Shown piece by piece: positions 27,301-39,988 of a DNA stretch of 64,000 bases. Positions within the stretch are counted from its first letter, which is position 1, and every line of letters begins with the position of its first letter. The notes beneath the pieces were generated by a model, which saw nothing but the letters and a program-made list of their open reading frames with translations, did no database searches and was not told the origin of the DNA. A program made the position numbers and the translations under genes. The stretch covers positions 29,693,515-29,757,514 of the forward strand of contig NC_068989.1 in NCBI RefSeq assembly GCF_001194135.2. The letters are read 5' to 3'. This stretch comes from Octopus bimaculoides. Its lineage: Eukaryota.

Positions 27301-27595
27301 CCCACACCATTATTCCTGCCAACCCAGAAGAATTTGAATCTGTCTCTTACTCATGAGGAATCTAGCTGAGGTTCCCCTCCATCTAACTTCTTGTACACCA
27401 CATACATCAACATGGCGACCTCTAACATTTCAACAATCTCCCCCTCCTTCCTTTCATTGTGCCAACATTGATGGTAGCAGCTCTGAGATTGAGTACTTGG
27501 AAGTGGTTGCGGAAAGGTAGTTGTGGAAATTTTGTCATCACCTGAAACAAAGAAATGCTTGCCAGCTTGCATGCAGCTTTGAATTACAATGAACC
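24370..27595 (-). mobile_element. RTE-clade LINE (APE endonuclease plus RT), near full ORF2, degenerate
   Basis: GVGILFAEKWVD; VAGDFSGHVG; GVHQGSVLSPLLF; LLYADDLAL; Cys-rich CSLCRKGVGRNSICCTQCKLWTHKRC; GRPRKTW. Multiple stops and frameshifts. Confidence 0.92.
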
Positions 27596-27903
27596 AGTCT
27601 CCCCCACCTCATCCAACATCGTGAGCAAGAGCCAACAAGTGGGTATGAGATTAGGGTGGTTACATAGGGCAGTTTAAGTATTATATGTCTAAATATTCAA
27701 CTGTATATGATACACACCAGGGCACTTGTATGAGGGTTATAAGGAGGGGGTATAAGGGTATGCTCAAAATATATGTATTCACATACACAGCACATGAAAC
27801 GTATGAGTCACTAGGTGAAAATGTTAATGCACGAATTAAAATAATGGTAGTGGGGGAGGTGGGTGTTCATAACAGGTGTGCAAAATGGATATTGAGCATC
27901 CCT

Positions 27904-28590
27904 AATGTAAACTAAGCTTATGCACCATATAGCTAGTTTGGACACAGAAGAAAAGCCGTAGTATTTAATAAGAATTATTGTCATTAAAATATTAATACTA
28001 AATTAATATACATGTACATTCTTTTTTTTAAATCGATAAATTTATCTCAAGCATTTTGCAATGGGAATGTAGTCTGGCTGAAAGTGAAATGAAATGAAAA
28101 TTACATGAAGCCTTAGCAACTAGATATTGAAAGAAATGGGGGAATCCTAGATTCATTGACTAATTCACATATGGATAATAACCAAAACTTAGCTGTTGAT
28201 TCAAGAAAGAGTGAACGAGCGAGTTGTTGATTCAAGAGCATTAGCAAGGAAAAGGAATGCTATTTGGGGATATATTTTGAATATACGAAAGACGCTGCTG
28301 ATGAATGCTGGGCAGCCCTAATTAATGTAAACTAAGCTTACGCACCATATAGCTAATTCGAGCATGGAAGGAAAGTCAAAGTATTTAATAATAATTATTC
28401 TTATCGTTAAAATATTAATACTATATTAATATACATGTACATTTATTAATCAATAAATTTATCTCGTAAACATTTTGCAACAGGAATCGGAGTCTGGCTG
28501 AAATTGAAATGAAAATTACATGTGGCCTTAGCAACTAGATATTGAAAGAAATGGAGGAATCCTAGATTCATTGACTAATTCACATATGGA
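27904..28590. repeat. Two ~270-bp direct repeats (27904-28175, 28324-28590) with a ~148-bp spacer
   Basis: Visible alignment from AATGTAAACTAAGCTTA to TTGACTAATTCACATATGGA, with period 420. Confidence 0.85.
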
Positions 28591-30688
28591 GATATTTATA
28601 TATAGTCACATTTGGGGGTTGAGTGTGTGTGTCTCTTAATATGTAGACAATGCAACACAGACTTTAAAAAAAAAAGACTTTCACTTTGTTTAATTAACTG
28701 AAAATTCAAGTTGAGCTTTTAATAATGAAAATATGGTTTGGATCATAATGGATAAAGAAAAGAATGTAATACAAAAGCTATAGATAAAGTAATAAACTGG
28801 AAAAATAAAATAGTAAAATTCTAGAGGTTTTTCAAATCAAATAAAAATAACATAGATAATAACAATGATATACAACTATAATGCTGTGCTCACATATTTT
28901 TACCATCATTTTTATATCCTGACTGTCGGCTATGATTGGGTGGGTGTGTTTTGCTCACTTACACAAAAGGTAGCATACAAATGAGTTAGAAGAACTGTTG
29001 AGCATTAACAACATTGGTTTAGTCATTGTATCAAAGAGAAATAATTGCATATGTGAATGAACAATGAGTGCAGGGTGTCAAAGAGGAGGATATGAGATGT
29101 AGGGAGGTCAGAATTCTTGATGCTAAGTTTCATTGATCATACAAACGTTTGCAAAGTGTAAGGTGCCTGCGATATAGCATTTTAGTAATTTTTTTTAAAG
29201 CTTCCAACTTTAATCTCATAATTTTTATCAATTACAAGAATACTACGACAAAATTTATATCAAATGAAAGATACGAGCTACAGCTTGCTGTTAGAGCTGC
29301 TCTACCACCTGAAAGAGCCATGACTTGTATTTCCTCATTGGTACTTTTGTGTCCAAGCCTAAAACACTTATGTCTTAAATAATACTACCACCAGGAAGTA
29401 AATAGGAATTATGAAGGGATACAGCTCACCACTATGTGACAGGAACATTAGTTAATTCCCAAGTACTTTGTTAACATATAAGGCTGAGTTTGTATCCTTC
29501 TATAAGTTTGAGTTGAAAAACAAATGTTCTCCATCCAACTGATTTTGCCCTAAATACATATGAAGTCTCCAAATAGTGCCCTTACAACTTAATTTGCTAT
29601 GTAATTCATTTACACTTTGAAATATATAACAATAAATAGCTTGAAAAATTTTTTTTAAATTAAGAAAAAAGCTTTTTAGGTTTAAATGATGTCATATTCT
29701 TAAAACTGGACCAATTAACAATGAAATTTTTTCTTTTTAACTTGTCATATTTATAGTGAGAATCAAAACATACATGTTCATTCATATACATTCTGGCAGA
29801 TTCAAACGTGTATATGCTAATTACTGTTGTATTTCATCATTGGGTAAGAACTTTCATACAAATGTGTGTCTACAACACACTCAATTTATTGGGATAATGG
29901 AACCTTGGGATACAAGTGTTTCAACCTAGTTATGTGTCTCCTATGTTTGGTTTTTGTTTCTAGGATTCAACAAACAAATTATTTGCTGATGCATGCTAAT
30001 GTCTGCCAACTGATATGACATCAGCACACATTAGCAATAATAAGTTGTCCCATAAACTGGTACCGAAACTTTTTAGATTCATTGGTCTGAGATAGTTTTG
30101 GCTGAAGTGACATGCAACAAAGTTGAAATATTAGCATCCCAAAGCCCCTTACCCAATAAATCAAGAGTGCTATGAACAGACAATCATTTGAAAGGAGAAG
30201 GTGTTCTCCAATGATGAAATACAACAAAGATTAGCATTTTCACATTCCATGTTATCTTATTTTGTTACTTCTTCTTCTTTTGTTCACTTGGAGTATAAGC
30301 TTTGAAAGATAGCTGGTCATCAGACAGTAGAATGCCATTCATTCTGTCAACATCATTATTCATACAACACTGAATTATACTAGTTTTGTAATTGCTTCGA
30401 GTTCTTTGAATCAAATGTGCTTTACTTATCTATTTTAGCATTTTGGTAGAAGAAAGAAAAAAAAACTAGTACAATTTACATTACTAATTTACAAATGATG
30501 AATTATTTTTTAATCAGTATACAAACTCAAAGATAAAATTTAAATCCTTTCCCTACAGAAATTATAAGTTTATATCAAAATTACTGATGTCACTCGTTTA
30601 CCTATGCAGTAATTTGTTTTTCCTAGTTTGAACTATTTGGTGTTTTTTAGTAGTCTGAGTCTTAAAGGGTTTTTCCCCTTCTGATGTT

Positions 30689-31086
30689 ATCCTGCAGCCA
30701 ATAAGCACATAAACAAAACACACTAAGTATATGACATCAGTAATGTTTATATTATTAGAGATGCTTCTAATTCAAAAATTTAATTTTGTTTTACTTGTGC
30801 AGCACTATTGAACATCAGCAGACAGATTTTACACTATCTGCATATATACATCATGAATTTGTCTCAGAGTGAATCGGGTATATAATGCCATTGAGCTGAA
30901 ATAACAGCAAAATATCAATATCCACCATTCTTGTTCACCTACAGGATGACTCATCTCCCCTGGTTTGAAGTATTCAGTGTCTTTTAACATCTTGCAGCTA
31001 ATAAGCACATATACAAAACACATACATTAAGTTTGTGACATCAATAATGTTTACACTATTAGAGTTGTTTCTAATTTAAAATTTAA
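30689..31086. repeat. Old direct duplication of ~95 bp, period 300
   Basis: TGCAGCCAATAAGCACATAAACAAAACA...TTCTAATTCAAAAATTTAA at 30689-30783 versus 30989-31086. Confidence 0.65.
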
Positions 31087-31478
31087 GAAGTTAATATATA
31101 TGTCTTTTCATCAACAGAATTTCCAAAATACAATTTAACTTATAAAACATCCTAACTACATATATTTTGATCCTTTGTATGTCAATGTATTATAGTGGGG
31201 TACTATCGTGTTGGTTAGAGAACATAGTTCACCATTCTTATTTTCATTTCCTTGTGTGTTCATTGCTAATACTAACAGGAAAGACAATGTAACAATGCTC
31301 CCTTTTTTCATGCCTAGGTTATAAAGAATTATTTAAAACTTTGTTAAAAGACTGTGGCATCTCAAAATGTTTTCTGTCTAGAAAATAAAATTCTAGGTAT
31401 CATGAGCTTAGTATAAAAAATGTCTTGATAATCAATAGTGCTAATAATTAAGAAACAAAATCAAACAATCACATAAAA

Positions 31479-31825
31479 CATTATTTACATTATTCACAAT
31501 TGACGGATATTTGTCTTCATCTTGTTTGTTGTTGACAGGCATATGGCATAGTGGTTAAGAGCACAGGCTACTAACCCCAAAATTCCGAGTTCAATTCCAG
31601 GGAGTGACCTGAATAACAATATTAATAATAACAACAACATCGAAAAATACCTTAAGAATGAGAACCCAGGTTCGAAATTTCCCCCAAGACACCTGATGAA
31701 GATTGGAGGGTATATCAGCCGAAATGTTGTGTCAACAACAAATAAGATGAGGACAAATATCCGTCAATTGTAAATGATGTAAATAATGTGCATAATTCCT
31801 CATCTCTTAAATATAGAACTGTATT
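31479..31825 (+). mobile_element. Small retroposon: inverted 3' duplicate, tRNA-like head, hammerhead-like motif and tail
   Basis: TSD ATCACATAAAA (31468-31478, 31826-31836). IR arms at 31478-31537 and 31730-31789. A box TGGCATAGTGG at 31544-31554 and B box GAGTTCAATTCC at 31587-31598. Confidence 0.8.
31688..31733 (+). ncRNA. Type I hammerhead-ribozyme-like motif (minimal helix III, helix II partly decayed)
   Basis: GACAC-CTGATGA-A-GATTG(GAGGGTATAT)CAGCC-GAAA-TG-TT-GTGTC. Helix I (GACAC/GTGTC) is perfect and the core boxes CUGAUGA and GAAA are intact. Helix II has one mismatch and one wobble. Confidence 0.6.
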
Positions 31826-34407
31826 ATCACATAAAATATGAAAGAAATAAAAAAACTTCTAGAAATCTAACAAGTCTAAATAATTGATTATAAAATGAAT
31901 TAGGGAAATAGCATAAGTAAGCCAATGGATGATGTACTGAATAATGTATACAAACACTAAATTAATTGAGAATTTTTGGCAAACAACATTCAGTACATCC
32001 TCTCTAAACTTTTTTTTACACATAGCTATGGCTATACTGGAAGATTGCTGTGATTTTGCAGTCTATTTCAACAAAGATGTTTCACTCCCTCTTCTATTTA
32101 TTTGATAATTTCTATTAATACTTACTTTAATTTGTACAATTTATCAACTTCATTTTTATTGCATGCATCCTTTATTTGTAACAGTTTTAGCAGATCAACT
32201 GATAAATGTAAGCTATTCCACCTTGGATGTAACTAATATAAGAAGTTAGGACACAAGAAATATGTCTTTGTTTTTAGTTTCCCTGGAGAAAACCTTCAAA
32301 TCTCAAATATTTTTTGGCAAGTAGTCAAATAACTGTAAGTTTATGAAAAATGCATTGTTGCAGCACAGCATCTGTTAATATGAAATAATGAGAATTTAGG
32401 AAGCTGACAGTAACTTGTAGCTTATCTAACCTTTAAACAACCCTCTTCACACACAATTATGTAGTCCTTGCTATGGTGTCCAAGAGCATAGAGATATAGC
32501 ATTTAAAGGCATTTACAGTATTACAAATCTTTAATAGTTACTATTTTGTAGCCTTTTAAGCTATTTGAAGAAACAGTTGGGATCAAAAATATAGTTTGCA
32601 GCCAGCAATCCTAACTGAAAGGTCAGCATTGCTCATTATTTTTCTTGTACAGAAATATCATTAAAAAAAACCAAGCTGAAGGTTGGTAGTAAATTTGTAT
32701 TAGTCTAGTTATATGGCATAGTTAAAACAGATTGTTAAACATCCTATTTCTGAAATATAGTCTGAATTTTGCCTGTAAGAGAATGAATGCTGTCATTGAA
32801 TATGTTTTTCCCCCTCAGTGAAAGGTATGAACATTTCTTGAATTCACAAATATTCAGTAAAAATATGATAATAAACTAATTTAAAATAGAATATAATATA
32901 AATTCAAGTAGACACATGGCTAACTTTTGCGGAATTTGTATAGTTAATTAAATTAAATCAAATATATTACTGGTACTTATTTTAATTAACTCCGAAAGTT
33001 AAAAGATAAAATCAATATCCTTAAAATTGCAGTTCAATGTACATGAATAGTTTCATGCAATTAATTCATCCAATATGGCATATTATTATATCTACTAGCT
33101 CACTGACCTACTGAAAATAAATTATACCATCAATTTTACAACTATTATTAGCAGTATACAATAGATTTTACACAATATAATATCAACCAGACACACACAC
33201 ACCCTTTACTTATAATTCAACAAAATGACATATATAAGGTGCAATCCAGAAATTTTGAGACTTTTTGGGAGAGAGGCAGTTATAACTGTCCCAGATTACT
33301 GTTATTTTAGTATGTCATTACGATACATTTCATAAGCTTACACAGTGCTGTTCTCCCCTTCATGAAATTTTTGTCTATTTTTAGACAAATATTATCCTGA
33401 CGAGATTCATATACATAAATTTGAATTTTTTTATAAATTCACTAGTGGATATGAATCGAAGCAAATTGTAAGATATATATTTGTTTTAATTATTTGTTAT
33501 ATTATATCTTTTTATAGTATAATCATATTATATTATAATGATAATGAATTTATAATATATCAATTGTATTTCTCTACTTCCTTTAATATTTATATATTGA
33601 AATTATACCATTTTAGTTCTGATTTTTTCTGTACTATATTTTGGTATTTAACTGAAAAACCAGTGATAATTGGATGTTTTCCATCCCTTTGAAGGAAATT
33701 GTTTTTTCCTTGGATTGAATAATACATGTACATATACATACATACGTACATACATATGTCTACTATACATGATTTTAAACTCGTGATTACCTGTATGTGT
33801 GTGTGATGTCCTATAACTGTTCAGCTCTCTCTTTTGTAGAGTCTTCCCTGTTGCTGTCACATATTGTGAGATTTTAAAATTACATCAAAATTTTCAAATC
33901 TGGTATATTGAAGTAATTTTCCATGTTAAATCTGGTTTTGTTATTTGTTCCAGAGAAATTTCAGAAAAAAATGTTACTGAGGTTTAAAGTCTAATCAATT
34001 TCACCCACTCATAAAACAGGATTTGGAAACTGTCAGTTTCTGCATGAGAGCTGTCAATCACAAAATGAAAGCAAAATCATTTGGAGGAGGAATTTTTATT
34101 AAACAAACGAAAGCAAAGCATTACAACAACTAAAGTTGTAAGAACTTCTGAAGTTTTAATAACTGCCCGGCAATGACAAGCTATTTAGTTAGTATGTATA
34201 TAAATGATGCAAATATACACTTACCAGTGTATGCTGTATTCTGTACAGACAGAAGAAGTTAGAGTAGAGTTGCATTGTACATCTGTGAAAATGTCAAGCC
34301 ACTAACCCTGTTGTCACATTCAAATTTGGTCTGTGACACACTCATAGTGCATTTAAAGCAACTTGATGCAGTAATATGCACATTATATCACTTATATGAT
34401 GTCTCAT

Positions 34408-34563
34408 ACTAGAAGCAATAACATCTTAGACCTCTGTTTCACCACCAATGTGGAACTTATCCACAATCCGAAGATATCACCAACAATTTTATCAGATCAT
34501 AACAGGATAGAACTGACAATGTATGGCTCAAAACTAATTAAAGATGTATTCCAACACAGATAG
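34408..34563 (+). mobile_element. APE endonuclease fragment of a CR1/L2/Jockey-like LINE
   Basis: TRSNNILDLCFTTNVELIHNPKISPTILSDHNRIEL carries the TR...LDL and SDH motifs. Confidence 0.7.
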
Positions 34564-34980
34564 CACCCAAACCCTATCTAGTCTCAACTTCTACAAAGCT
34601 GACTGGAAATCAATTGAAAAACAGATACTCCAGAAAAATTAGCGTAAAAGTTCATCTATGCAAGACATTGATAAGAATTCATGTCAATAATGTGAACCAT
34701 ATGCATTAAATTTATCCCTGAGAAGAGAGCCAATAAGGACAAAAACATCCTTCCCTGAAATAGGAGATTCCTCATGAGATGGAGAACAAAGATAAATTGC
34801 TTAAATAAACACTAATGACAGTTACAAATCCCCTCTCAAAGAGGTGCACTTAGAAAATGAAAATAAACTCACTCTCCCATGAAAAAGAAAGTGAAGAGAA
34901 ACCAGGGTATGGAAAACATAAAAAGAAAGTTTGCAAAAGAATCTGCATTGATGCACTACAAGATAGGGCCACTGTTTCAA

Positions 34981-35019
<39 letters not shown>

Positions 35020-35130
35020 CATACATACATATGTGTGGAGACGTGTGTGAGTAGACATGCTAAAAAATGGCACTCAACATATTTATTGGGAGTTACATGT
35101 ATAGATCAAATTGTTTTGATTTATATATAT

Positions 35131-38095
35131 ATCATCATCATCATCGTCGTTTAACGTCCGCTTTCCATGCTAGCATGGGTTGGACAATTTGACTGAGGAC
35201 TGGCGAACCAGATGGCTGCACCAGGCTCCAATCTGATTTGGCAGAGTTTCTACAGCAGGATGCCCTTCCTAACGCCAACCACTTTGAGAGTGTAGTGGGT
35301 GCTTTTACGTGCCACCGGCACGAAGGCCAGTCAGGCAGTACTGGCAACGGCGACACTCAAAATGGTGTTTTTTACGCACCACCTGCACAGGAGCCAATCC
35401 AGCGGCACTGGCAACGCCCTTGCTCGAATGTTTTTTGGTGTGCCACTGGTACAAGTGCCAGTAAGGCGACGCTGGTAACGATCATGCTCAAATAGTGCTA
35501 TTTACATGCCACTGGTACAAGTGCCAGTAAGGTGACGCAGGTAACGATCATGCTCAAAAGGTGCTAAATTACGTGCCACTGGCATGGAAGCCAGACAGCT
35601 GTTCTGGCAATGATCACACTCGGTCGGTGCTTGTGCCATCATGATTTCGATTTCACTTGCCCCAACAGGTCTTCGCAAGCCAAGTTTAGTGTCCAATGAA
35701 GTGGAGGTTGGCATTGGTGCCAGTCGTCGAACTTGGTTCAATTTTGATTTCACTTGCCTCAACAGGTCTTCGCAAGCAGCGTTTAGTGTCCAATGAAGGA
35801 AAAGTATGCATAAGTCGGCTGGCTACACCCCTGGCAGAGGCCTCAGATTATGGTCTCCCTTGGCTTGCCAGGTCTTCTCACGCACAGCATATTTCCAAAA
35901 ATCTCAGTCACAAGTCATTGCCTCGATGAGGCCTAATGTTCGAAGACCATGCTTCACCACCTCATCCCAGGTCTTCCTGGGTCTACCTCTTCCACAGGTT
36001 CCCTCGTGGCACTTTTTCACACAGCTATCCTCATCCATTCTCGCCACATGACCATACCAGTGCAATCGTCTCTCTTGCACACCACAACTGATGCTTCTTA
36101 GGTTCAACTTTTCTCTCAAGGTACTTACACTGTCGAGTATGCACACTGGCAATTCACATCCATCGGAGTATACTGGCTTCATTCCTTGCAAAGTTACGCA
36201 TGTCTTCGGCAGTAACAGGCCATGTTTCACTGCCATGTAGCATGGCTGTTCGTACACATGCGTCATACAGTCTACCTTTTACTCTGAGTGAGAGGCCTTT
36301 GTCACCAGCAGAGGTAGGAGCTCTCTGAACTTTGCCCAGGCTATTCTTATTCTAGCAGATACACTTTCAGCGCACCCTCCCCCACTACTAACTTGGTCAC
36401 CTAGATAATGGAAGCTATCAACTATGTCTAGTTTTTCTCCCTGGAATGTGGCAGAATTTTCTGCACAGTTTCAGTGTTTATTGCTCTGGAACATCTGCCA
36501 CAAACAAAAACTAACTTCCTAGTTAGCCTTCCTTTGATATTGCAGCACCTCTTATATGTCCATAGCTTACACTGGGTACATCTTATATAGTTTCTACCTA
36601 CACTTTTTCTACAGATCAAGCGGGGCCATCTACCTGAAGGGGTTTGTGCTTTGTCTACCTTCCTACTTATTAGGACTTTGGTTTTAGCTTGGTTGACTCT
36701 AAGGCCCTTCGATTCTAGTTCTTGCTTCCACACCTGAAACATCTCTAGTTCTGATAGTGACTCAGCAATTAGCGCAATATCATCAGCATAGAGGAGCTCC
36801 CAGGGGCATCCTGTCTTGAATTCCTCTGTTATAGCCTGGAGGAATATGATAAATAGGATGGGGCTGAGGACTGAACCTTGGTGGACCCCTACCTCTACCT
36901 GGAATTCTTCACTACACTCATTGCCAACCCTCATCTTACTGAAAGCGTCTCTGTACATGGCTCGCACAGCTCTCACTAACCATTCTTCTATCTCTAGTTT
37001 CCTCATTGACCACCAGATAAGGGATCGGGGGACTCTGTCAAAGGCTTTCTCCATGTCAACGAAAGCCAGGTACAGAGGTTTATCTTTGGCTAGATATTTC
37101 TCCTGCAGCTGTCTTACCAGAAATATAGCATCAGTGGTGCTTTTCCCTGGCACGAACCCAAACTGCATCTCATCTAAACTGATTTTCTCCCTAATTAGTT
37201 GGGCTATGACCCTCTCTGTGACTTTCATTATCTGATCCAACAACTTGATGCCCCTGTAATTGTTTGTATCTAAAGCATCACCTTTACCTTTGTAGCAGTT
37301 GTCTATGGTGCTGCTACACCAGTCACTTGGTATGACTCCTTCGTGTATCACCTGGTTAACTATACGGGTGACTAGGCTATAGCCGACACTGCCAGATATT
37401 TTGAGCATCTCTGCAGTGATTCTTGATGGGCCGGGGGCTTTCCCTGTCTTCATACCCTTAATTGCTTTATCTACCATGGTACTGTCAACTCGGATAGCTG
37501 GTCCCTCTGTTAGGTCAACATTCGGCAGTCTCTCTTTCTCCCATTCATTCTCTTTATTAAGCAACCTTTCATAGTGGCATCTCCAAAGCTCTCTCTTGGC
37601 AGCCTCGTTTAGTGCAAGTAAGCCATCATCCATGCGGACACATTTCTCTCCTACGACATCACGATTCTCTCACACACTGTCTTGCAACACGAAATACCTC
37701 AAGTCTTTGGTCCTCACAGTGCAGAACATTGGCAATTTTTTTCTTATCTGCTTCCCCTTTAGCTAAATAAACCTGACTCCTAGCTTCCCTTCTGGCAGTC
37801 TGATACAATTCTCTACTGCCACCTTTCTTCCAGTCCTTCCAAGCCTGTTTCTTTTGTCTAATAGCCCTGTCAACAACATTGTTCCACCACCATGTTATTT
37901 TGGGTCGAGAAGGGACTTTGCACCATCCACAGATCTGATCAGTGGCCCCCAGCAGGTTGTCCCATAGAAACCTCCAGTTGTCTTCTACATCGTGTGAAGT
38001 TATAATCCTTTCTATTTCATCAAAGGCTTCGAGTAATAAGTCTCTAAATCTCTGTCCATTCGCAGGATCTTTAAGTTTCCAGACCCTTCTCTTCC
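35131..38095 (-). mobile_element. RTE-clade LINE, younger copy, with a 401-aa RT ORF, tandemly repetitive 3'UTR and (TGA)n tail; 5' end in N-gap
   Basis: ORF 36428-37633: YRGIKLL, FVDMEKAFDRV, GVHQGSVLSP, LLYADDIAL. Tail GGACGTTAAACGACGATGATGATG. UTR repeats with periods of 66/67 bp (35442 onward) and 97 bp (35649 onward). Confidence 0.95.
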
Positions 38096-39988
38096 NNNNN
38101 NNNNNNNNNNNNNNNNNNNNNNNNNNNNNNNNNNNNNNNNNNNNNNNNNNNNNNNNNNNNNNNNNNNNNNNNNNNNNNNNNNNNNNNNNNNNNNNNNNNN
38201 NNNNNNNNNNNNNNNNNNNNNNNNNNNNNNNNNNNNNNNNNNNNNNNNNNNNNNNNNNNNNNNNNNNNNNNNNNNNNNNNNNNNNNNNNNNNNNNNNNNN
38301 NNNNNNNNNNNNNNNNNNNNNNNNNNNNNNNNNNNNNNNNNNNNNNNNNNNNNNNNNNNNNNNNNNNNNNNNNNNNNNNNNNNNNNNNNNNNNNNNNNNN
38401 NNNNNNNNNNNNNNNNNNNNNNNNNNNNNNNNNNNNNNNNNNNNNNNNNNNNNNNNNNNNNNNNNNNNNNNNNNNNNNNNNNNNNNNNNNNNNNNATATA
38501 TATATATATATATATACATACATACATACATATATATACACACATATGTATGCAGGGTGTTCTAGCAACTTGAAACCCATTATACAAAATGGCATGCGAC
38601 AAACAGTATCTAACTGTTAAAGTCCAAACAACAAATGGAAGCAATGGACAAATAACGTGTGAACAATGTAAGCTTCATCACAGGCATCCAAGTTATAAAA
38701 TGCTGAGTATCTTAAAGTTTTAATCATATCAATGATAATACTGATAATAACAACAGCAAAAGTTATGCTCGTTATTCCTTTCCATGGTATGTGGAACTAT
38801 AAGCATTAAAATATTTTGTTTTTACATGAGTATTTGAAAATTAAATAGAAAATTCACTGAAATCATGCAAGCAAATAGAATTGTCTAAGGAATATTTTCC
38901 TATCAGTAAGAAAAAGTTCAACTTCACTAAATAAAGTTGAATATAGATGAAATACAGAAAAGAGAAAAAAATGGTTGGTAATTCCTTTTTTTTAAATTGA
39001 TCATTTTAAAATCCAATTTGCTTTCTTCTTTACTTATTCATTTGAATTCTAAAATAAATAAGGAGAAACATCATATTAAAAACCACAGGATAAATATTAG
39101 TACTTGCAACAGTAAGAAGTTGTACAGAAAAAGTGTGAAGAAATTGCTCATCTATGATAAAAGATTAGATGACAAATAAAAAGCAGATGGCAGCAAACAT
39201 TAAAAGCATGAGTAAACTACAGAAAATAATATTTCAACTTTTGTTTTCCCCCAAAATGTAACTAGAAATAACAATCTAGGTATTTTCAGTGAACAATATA
39301 AGCTGCACACTACTACCTTAGACATTGAAAGAGAAAAGTGTCCTTTCTGCTAACCTGAAAACTTTGACTCATCAAATAACTATTTTGTTTTGCTTTTTCT
39401 ATTATTTCTGCAAAAGAGTTAGGGTACACAAACAGCAATGCATAACACTAGCTGTTTTATATCATCTAAAGCCTTGAGGTTTTGATTTCAAATCTTTCAA
39501 ACACCTTATGTATTTTTCATCTCACTAAGGATGGTAAAATAAGTACTAATAATATATAAATAATGTCCATTATCCTCATTAAATACCCCTTTATACAAAA
39601 CTAATCAAATACCTAGTTAACACAAAAGTCACCAATACCACTTTTTTTCCCTTATCTCATTGCTCCCAACAACTGCTTTCCTTTTCTTACCACCTGTAAA
39701 ATCTTTCAATTAAAGATTCTTATTTTTAAAAATATGCTATCTAAACAGAATTCTATTTCAGGAAAGTTTTCAAATGTAATAAGATTAAATAGTTATAAGG
39801 TAATTTAGAACTGTTTAAAAATTTTTTGTACTATATTTGTCACCTTTTTTACATTGAGAGTTGTTAGTAACTAAGATCAATTAAAGTATATTAAGATATG
39901 ATAGTATTACCAACACTGCTGTGCCATAGACAGATTAAATCTTCAATCTAATTTAATAGTTAAAATTGTTTAAAGTAATTGCTATGTA

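Noticed and set aside
27111-27335. Identical ~75-bp sequence on both sides of an N-gap in the RTE endonuclease
   Set aside because: Typical contig-overlap artefact, not a biological duplication.
28290-28335. CTGATGA motif in the direct-repeat spacer as a second hammerhead
   Set aside because: No GAAA box or closing helices.
30270-30363. Minus-strand NGILLSDDQL, resembling Par-3 exon 2 (GGILDPDD)
   Set aside because: No flanking similarity, runs into a stop after KKKK, and no donor site.
31538-31610. tRNA gene
   Set aside because: A and B boxes are present but there is no complete acceptor stem and it is embedded in a TSD-flanked repeat, so it is treated as a SINE head.
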